A stretch of DNA of 64,000 nucleotides, from assembly GCA_040386535.1 (NCBI GenBank), contig JAZKFH010000024.1, forward strand, positions 68,330-132,329, read 5' to 3'. Under the pieces are notes generated by a model that was not told the DNA's origin, did no database searches, and was given only the letters and a program-made list of their open reading frames with translations. Numbering within the stretch: position 1 is the stretch's first letter; every line of letters begins with the position of its first letter. This stretch comes from Myxococcota bacterium. GTDB lineage: Bacteria > Myxococcota_A > UBA796 > SXON01. This document shows, in pieces, positions 59,394 to 64,000 of this stretch. The translations under genes were made by a program, and so were the position numbers.

Positions 59394-59656
59394 CCGGAGA
59401 AGCAGGAAAGCAGGAATAAAGGAAAGCAGGAGGGGGAATCGGAGGGGAAGATCTTCCCTTCCTACTTCCTGGCTTCCTGCCTGCCTTGTTTCCTGCCTTC
59501 CTGCCTGCCTTGTTTCCTGCCTTCCTGCTGTTGCCTTTCCTGCCTTTCCCGGAGCCGGAGAAGCAGGAAAGCAGGAATAAAGGAAAGCAGGAGGGGGAAT
59601 CGGAGGGGAAGATCTTCCCTTCCTACTTCCTGCCTTCCGTTGCCTTCCCTGCCTTC
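59394..59656. repeat. Intergenic composite repeat: two identical 78-bp units with purine arm, central palindrome and pyrimidine arm
   Basis: Units at 59394-59471 and 59555-59632; palindrome GGGAAGATCTTCCC at 59445-59458 and 59606-59619; 24-bp tandem CTTCCTGCCTGCCTTGTTTCCTGC at 59473-59520. Confidence 0.92.
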
Positions 59657-62600
59657 CTACTCCCGACGCCGCCGAAGCAGCGCGAGCAAGGGCACCAGGA
59701 GCCCGGCGAGCATCCCGCCGTTGGAGGCGGGGGTGGTGTCGCAGCCGCAGCCGCCGCCGCCTTCGTAGGTCCAGACGGGGGCCACGGCGGTGTCGTCGCC
59801 CGTATCGGCCGTGTCGTCGGGCACCACGTCGGTGTCCCCGGTGTCGCCCGTGTCGCCCGTGTCGCCCGTGTCGGGGCCCACGCCGTCGGTCCAGTCGACG
59901 TAGTCGGCGATGCCGTCGCCGTCGCTGTCGTCGGTGCCCTCGTCCAGGTCCGTGGCGCCGTCGCCGTCGGAGTCGGGATCGCGGGAGTTGGGGATGCCGT
60001 CGCCGTCCGCATCGGGATCGGCCACGCCGTCGCCGTTCGCGTCTTCGGTCTCCTCGATGATCGTCGGGATGCCGTCCGCGTCGTCGTCCGCGTCCTGGAA
60101 GTCGGGGAGCGTGTCGCCGTCGGTGTCGATCGTGCCCTCGGCGCCGTCGAGCAAGGAGTCGCCGTCGGCGTCGGTGTCGAGGTGGTCGGGCGTGCCGTCG
60201 CCGTCCGTGTCGGGCAGGGTGTCGCCCGGATCGCCGCCGTCGTAGTCGCCCACCTCGTCGGCGGTCGGGACGCCGTCCGCGTCGTCGTCCGGATCGTTCC
60301 AGTCGGCCAGGCCGTCCTCGTCCGAGTCGTTCGGGTTGGCCAGATCGTCGCCGACCTCGGTGCCGTCCCACACGCCGTCGCCGTCGGTGTCGGCGTTGTC
60401 GATGTCGGTCCCGATGACGGCTTCTTCCTCGTCGGTCAGGCCGTCGCCGTCGGTGTCGTCGTCCTCGGAGACGCCGTTGCAGTCGTTGTCCAGGCCGTCG
60501 GGGATCTCGGGCGCGCCCGGGTAGATGGTCACGTCCGCGTCGTCGCAGTCGTCCCCGTCGTACTCGGCGCTGTCGTGGGTGTCGCCGTCCGCGTCGAAGT
60601 CGGACAGGCCGTCACAGTTGCCGTCCACGCCGTCGTAGTACGTCTCGGCGCCGTCGGGGCTGACCGTGGCGTCGAGATCGTCACAGTCGGTGCCCCCGTC
60701 TTCGGCGGCCACGTACTCGGCGCTGTCGAAGCCATCGCCGTCCTGGTCGTAGTCCGAGGCGCCGTCACAGTCGGCGTCGACCCCGTCGTACCAGGTCTCG
60801 GTGGCGTCGGGGTTGATCGACGCGTTGGCGTCGTCACAGTCGTCGCCGCCGGACGCGAGGTCATCGAAGCCGTCGCCGTCGGCGTCGTTGTTGTCCTCGC
60901 CGGAGCAGTCCTGATCGATGCCGTCGCCCGCGTCGTCGGGGGCGCCCGGGTAGGTCTCGGCGTCGCCGTCGTTGCAGTCGTCGCCGCCGTAGCTGATCGA
61001 GTCGTGGCCATCGCCGTCGAAGTCGTAGTCGGACGCGCCGTCACAATCGCTGTCGATGCCGTCGTACCAGGCGTCCGCCGCGTCGGGGTTCACGGTGGCG
61101 TCCGCGTCGTCGCAGTCCTCGCCGCCGTACTCGGCGCTGTCGAAGCCGTCGGCGTCCGCGTCGTAGTCGGAGCCGCCGTCACAGTCCTGGTCTACGCCGT
61201 CGTACCAGACCTCGATGGCGCCCGGGTTGACCGTCGCATCGGCGTCGTCACAGTCGTCGACGGAGCTGTAGCCGTCCCCGTCCGCGTCGACCGTGGCGTC
61301 CGCGCCGTCGCAGTCCTGATCGATGCCGTCGTACGGTTCGTCGTCAGCGCCAGGGTACACGGAGGGGTCGGAGTCGTCACAGTCCTCAACGGAGTTGTAG
61401 CCGTCGCCGTCGGCGTCGATCTCGGCGTCCGCGCCGTCGCAGTCCTGGTCGATCCCATCGTACGCCGTGTCGGGCGCGCCCGGGTACACGGAGGCGTCGC
61501 CGTCGTTGCAGTCCTCGGTGGAGTCGTACCCGTCGCCGTCGGCGTCGATCACCGCGTCGGAGCCGTCACAGTCCTGGTCGATGCCGTCGTACGCGGTGTC
61601 GCCCGCACCAGGGTGGATCGTGGCGTCGGTGTCGTCGCAGTCCTCGCCGCCGTAGGCCTCGTCGTCGTAGCCGTCCCCATCGCCGTCGTAGTCGGAGGTG
61701 CCGTCACAGTCGGAGTCGACTCCGTCGTAGTCTTCGTCGGGAGCGCCGGGGTACACGCCGGCGTCGGTGTCGTCACAGTCGGTGCCGTCCGTGCCGCCCG
61801 CGAAGCCGTCGCCATCCTGATCGTCGTCGTTGCCGTCACAATCCTGGTCGACGCCGTCGTACCAGATCTCGGCCGCGCCGGGGTTGACCGACGCGTCCAG
61901 ATCGTTGCAGTCGTGCGTGGTGTCGTAGCCGTCCCCGTCGAGGTCGACGACGCTGTCCGAGCCGTTGCAGTTCTGGTCCACCCCGTCGTACGGGATGTCG
62001 AGCGCGCCGGGGTTGATGCTGGCGTCGGTGTCGTCGCAGTCCTCGCCGCCGTAGGCCTCGTCGTCGTAGCCGTCGCCATCGGCGTCGTAGTCGGAGCCGC
62101 CGTCACAGTCGGCGTCCACCCCGTCGTACGGGAGGTCCAGCGCGCCGGGGTACACCGAGGCATCCGTCGGGTCACAGTCGCCGTCGTCCGAGGTGAAGCC
62201 GTCGCCGTCGTAGTCCACGATCGCGTCGTCGTCGGTCCCGGAGCCGCCGTTGGTCGCCGCGCCGGGGCCGGAGCCGCCGTTGACGTTGACCGCGCACAGG
62301 CTGGTCGCCGTGTCGTAGAACTGCTTGACGCGCCCGCCCGCCCCGCCGCCGCCGTTGTCGTCGATGTCGCCGCCGGCGCCGCCGTAGGCGTTGATCGAGC
62401 CGGTGCAGTCGAGGTCGGCCGCGTAGAGCAGTACGCCGCCGCCCGCGCCGCCGCCCGGAGCGTCGTTGTTCGCGAGCACACCGAGCGCACCGTACGCCTG
62501 GATCGTGCCGGCCATGACGATCTGATCGGCCGAGAACCACACGGCGCCGCCGCCGTCCCCGCCGTAGCCACCCGAGTCGCCGTCCAACGCGCCCCCGGCG

Positions 62601-63040
62601 CCGCCCGCCGAGCCCATGTCGATGTCGACGTCGGTCGAGGAGCCGTAGGCCACGCCGCCGAGGCCGTCCGTCGTGACGTTGTCGTCCCGCACGCCGTTGC
62701 CGCCCGCCGCGCCGTACCCGCCGCCGCCGCCCGAGTCGCGGAACAACGAGCCGCCCTGGCCGCCGCCCGTGCCCTCGCCGTACCCGTTGAGCACGCCGCG
62801 GTAGCCCGCAGCCGCGGCGTCGATGGTCGAGGTCGCGTCGACGTAGAGGTACGTCGCCGTGATCGTCAGGGTGCCGGTGGTGCCGGTGCCGTCGTAGTCG
62901 GCGACCGCGAGGGTGCCGCCGTTGATGACGTAGACGTTGTCGTAGGTGTACGACCCGCTCATCGTCACCGTCGTGCCGTCGACCGTGAGGTCGGCGGCGG
63001 AGGCGGTCTGGGCGAGGAGGAACAGCGTGTAGAGAGACAT
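59657..63040 (-). CDS. Large surface protein: Gly-rich N-terminal domain, 13 MopE-type repeats, TSP3-like repeats, MYXO-CTERM-type anchor
   Basis: Signal peptide; DCDD...YDG.DQDCDG x13; DTDGDG repeats; GGGGCGC...LLVPLLALLRRRRE. Confidence 0.9.
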   Translation of the reverse strand: MSLYTLFLLAQTASAADLTVDGTTVTMSGSYTYDNVYVINGGTLAVADYDGTGTTGTLTITATYLYVDATSTIDAAAAGYRGVLNGYGEGTGGGQGGSLFRDSGGGGGYGAAGGNGVRDDNVTTDGLGGVAYGSSTDVDIDMGSAGGAGGALDGDSGGYGGDGGGAVWFSADQIVMAGTIQAYGALGVLANNDAPGGGAGGGVLLYAADLDCTGSINAYGGAGGDIDDNGGGGAGGRVKQFYDTATSLCAVNVNGGSGPGAATNGGSGTDDDAIVDYDGDGFTSDDGDCDPTDASVYPGALDLPYDGVDADCDGGSDYDADGDGYDDEAYGGEDCDDTDASINPGALDIPYDGVDQNCNGSDSVVDLDGDGYDTTHDCNDLDASVNPGAAEIWYDGVDQDCDGNDDDQDGDGFAGGTDGTDCDDTDAGVYPGAPDEDYDGVDSDCDGTSDYDGDGDGYDDEAYGGEDCDDTDATIHPGAGDTAYDGIDQDCDGSDAVIDADGDGYDSTEDCNDGDASVYPGAPDTAYDGIDQDCDGADAEIDADGDGYNSVEDCDDSDPSVYPGADDEPYDGIDQDCDGADATVDADGDGYSSVDDCDDADATVNPGAIEVWYDGVDQDCDGGSDYDADADGFDSAEYGGEDCDDADATVNPDAADAWYDGIDSDCDGASDYDFDGDGHDSISYGGDDCNDGDAETYPGAPDDAGDGIDQDCSGEDNNDADGDGFDDLASGGDDCDDANASINPDATETWYDGVDADCDGASDYDQDGDGFDSAEYVAAEDGGTDCDDLDATVSPDGAETYYDGVDGNCDGLSDFDADGDTHDSAEYDGDDCDDADVTIYPGAPEIPDGLDNDCNGVSEDDDTDGDGLTDEEEAVIGTDIDNADTDGDGVWDGTEVGDDLANPNDSDEDGLADWNDPDDDADGVPTADEVGDYDGGDPGDTLPDTDGDGTPDHLDTDADGDSLLDGAEGTIDTDGDTLPDFQDADDDADGIPTIIEETEDANGDGVADPDADGDGIPNSRDPDSDGDGATDLDEGTDDSDGDGIADYVDWTDGVGPDTGDTGDTGDTGDTDVVPDDTADTGDDTAVAPVWTYEGGGGCGCDTTPASNGGMLAGLLVPLLALLRRRRE

Positions 63041-63043
63041 CGG

Positions 63044-64000
63044 CTACTCCGGGACCACGGGGGTGACGGGGACAGCAGGGCTGGGCCCGCGGGGCTTGGT
63101 CGCCTTGATGACGAACTCGACGCGGCGGTTGTTCGCCTTGCCGGCCGAGCTCGCGTTCGTGTCGATGGGCTTGCCCTCACCGTACCCCTCGCCGTAGAGG
63201 CGCGCGGGATCGACCTTGCCGGTCGTCGTGAGCCACTTGACCACGGCCTCGGCGCGGCCCTTGGAGAGCGTCAGGTTCTTGTCGTCCTTGCCGTCGCTGT
63301 CCGTGTGCCCGGCGACCTCGACCTTGACGATGTCGGCGTTGCCGTTGAGGACGTTGGCGATCTCCTGGAGGAGCGGGAAACTCTCCTTCTTGATCGTCGT
63401 CTTGTTCGTGTCGAAGAAGATCTTGTCCATGATCTCGATCTTCTCGAGCGAGACGAACACCCGCTTGGGGCAGCCGTCGGAGCGCTCCGGATCTTCGCGC
63501 GGGTCCTTCGGCTCGTCCGGGCACTTGTCACGCTTGTCGGGGACGAGGTCCGCGTCGCGATCGGGGCAGCCCTTGGTGCGCTCCGACCCGGGCTCGGTCG
63601 GGCAGGCGTCGGCGTTGTCGGCGATGCGGTCCCCGTCGGAGTCGGGGCAGCCCACGGTCTCCTTCGGGCCGGCCTCGTTGGGGCAGGCATCCAGCGTGTC
63701 GACCAGGCCGTCCTTGTCGTTGTCGGTCTCGGGGCAGCCGTCGGTGTCCTCGAACGCGTCGCGATCCTCGGCGTCGTTCGGGCAGGTGTCCTTGCCGTCC
63801 ACGATGCCGTCCTTGTCGTTGTCCTCCTCGGGGCAGCCGTCGCTGTCCTCGAAGTTGTCGATGTCCTCCGGCACGTCGATGCAGGCGTCATCGGGGTCGA
63901 CGATGCCGTCCTTGTCGATGTCGTAGATGGGCGCCTTGCCGGGGATGCGGTAGCCGAACTGGGCGAGCACGCGCACGTCCGGCGCGCCGACGCCGGCGAC
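63044..64000 (-). CDS. OmpA-family outer-membrane protein with thrombospondin type-3 repeats (TraB-like; 5' part outside the window)
   Basis: Open to the window edge (..GVGAPDVRVLAQFGY); D.D.DG..D..D.CP repeats; IFFD, VAGHTDS.G...N..LS..RA, NRRVEF. Confidence 0.92.
   Translation of the reverse strand, partial: VAGVGAPDVRVLAQFGYRIPGKAPIYDIDKDGIVDPDDACIDVPEDIDNFEDSDGCPEEDNDKDGIVDGKDTCPNDAEDRDAFEDTDGCPETDNDKDGLVDTLDACPNEAGPKETVGCPDSDGDRIADNADACPTEPGSERTKGCPDRDADLVPDKRDKCPDEPKDPREDPERSDGCPKRVFVSLEKIEIMDKIFFDTNKTTIKKESFPLLQEIANVLNGNADIVKVEVAGHTDSDGKDDKNLTLSKGRAEAVVKWLTTTGKVDPARLYGEGYGEGKPIDTNASSAGKANNRRVEFVIKATKPRGPSPAVPVTPVVPE

Noticed and set aside
59394-59656. Repeat considered as a CRISPR array or as a coding region (ORF 59295..59768)
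   Set aside because: Only two long units with low-complexity arms, no unique spacers and no cas genes. The translation is a repeat artefact (FLPSCLPC).
59838-59872. 9-bp tandem repeat GTGTCGCCC and similar DT-coding repeats
   Set aside because: In-frame DTG/DT linker repeats within surface proteins; no evidence of phase variation.

Overview
A very GC-rich, gene-dense bacterial chromosomal window, most likely Myxococcota. That assignment rests on two MYXO-CTERM-type sorting tails, a TraB-like OmpA/TSP3 protein and many Cys/Asp-rich MopE-type repeat lipoproteins. I call about 55 CDS. Housekeeping and metabolic genes include hutU (partial), rpoZ, groES-groEL, lysC, pssA, truD, an ABC-F ATPase, arginase, a two-component system and an ABC-2 exporter, alongside a large set of secreted or surface proteins. 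I recognised no rRNA, tRNA, CRISPR array, transposase or integrase. The most notable items are: (i) a four-gene cluster of an S51/GATase-like peptidase, two alpha/beta-hydrolases and an ATP-grasp ligase (55.2-59.4 kb), a possible uncharacterised peptide/amide ligation-hydrolysis system whose first gene appears to start at CTG; (ii) an aldehyde-dehydrogenase homolog lacking both catalytic residues, coupled to arginase; (iii) a 161-nt rod-like palindrome between an orphan Flp pilin and a membrane spermidine-synthase gene; (iv) a duplicated purine/pyrimidine-armed palindromic element at 59.4-59.7 kb; (v) a TraB-like plus MYXO-CTERM adhesin pair; (vi) a TPR protein with twin ClpX-type zinc fingers; (vii) a degenerate phosphoesterase-tetraheme cytochrome fusion. 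All family assignments are by eye from motifs; no database searches were run.
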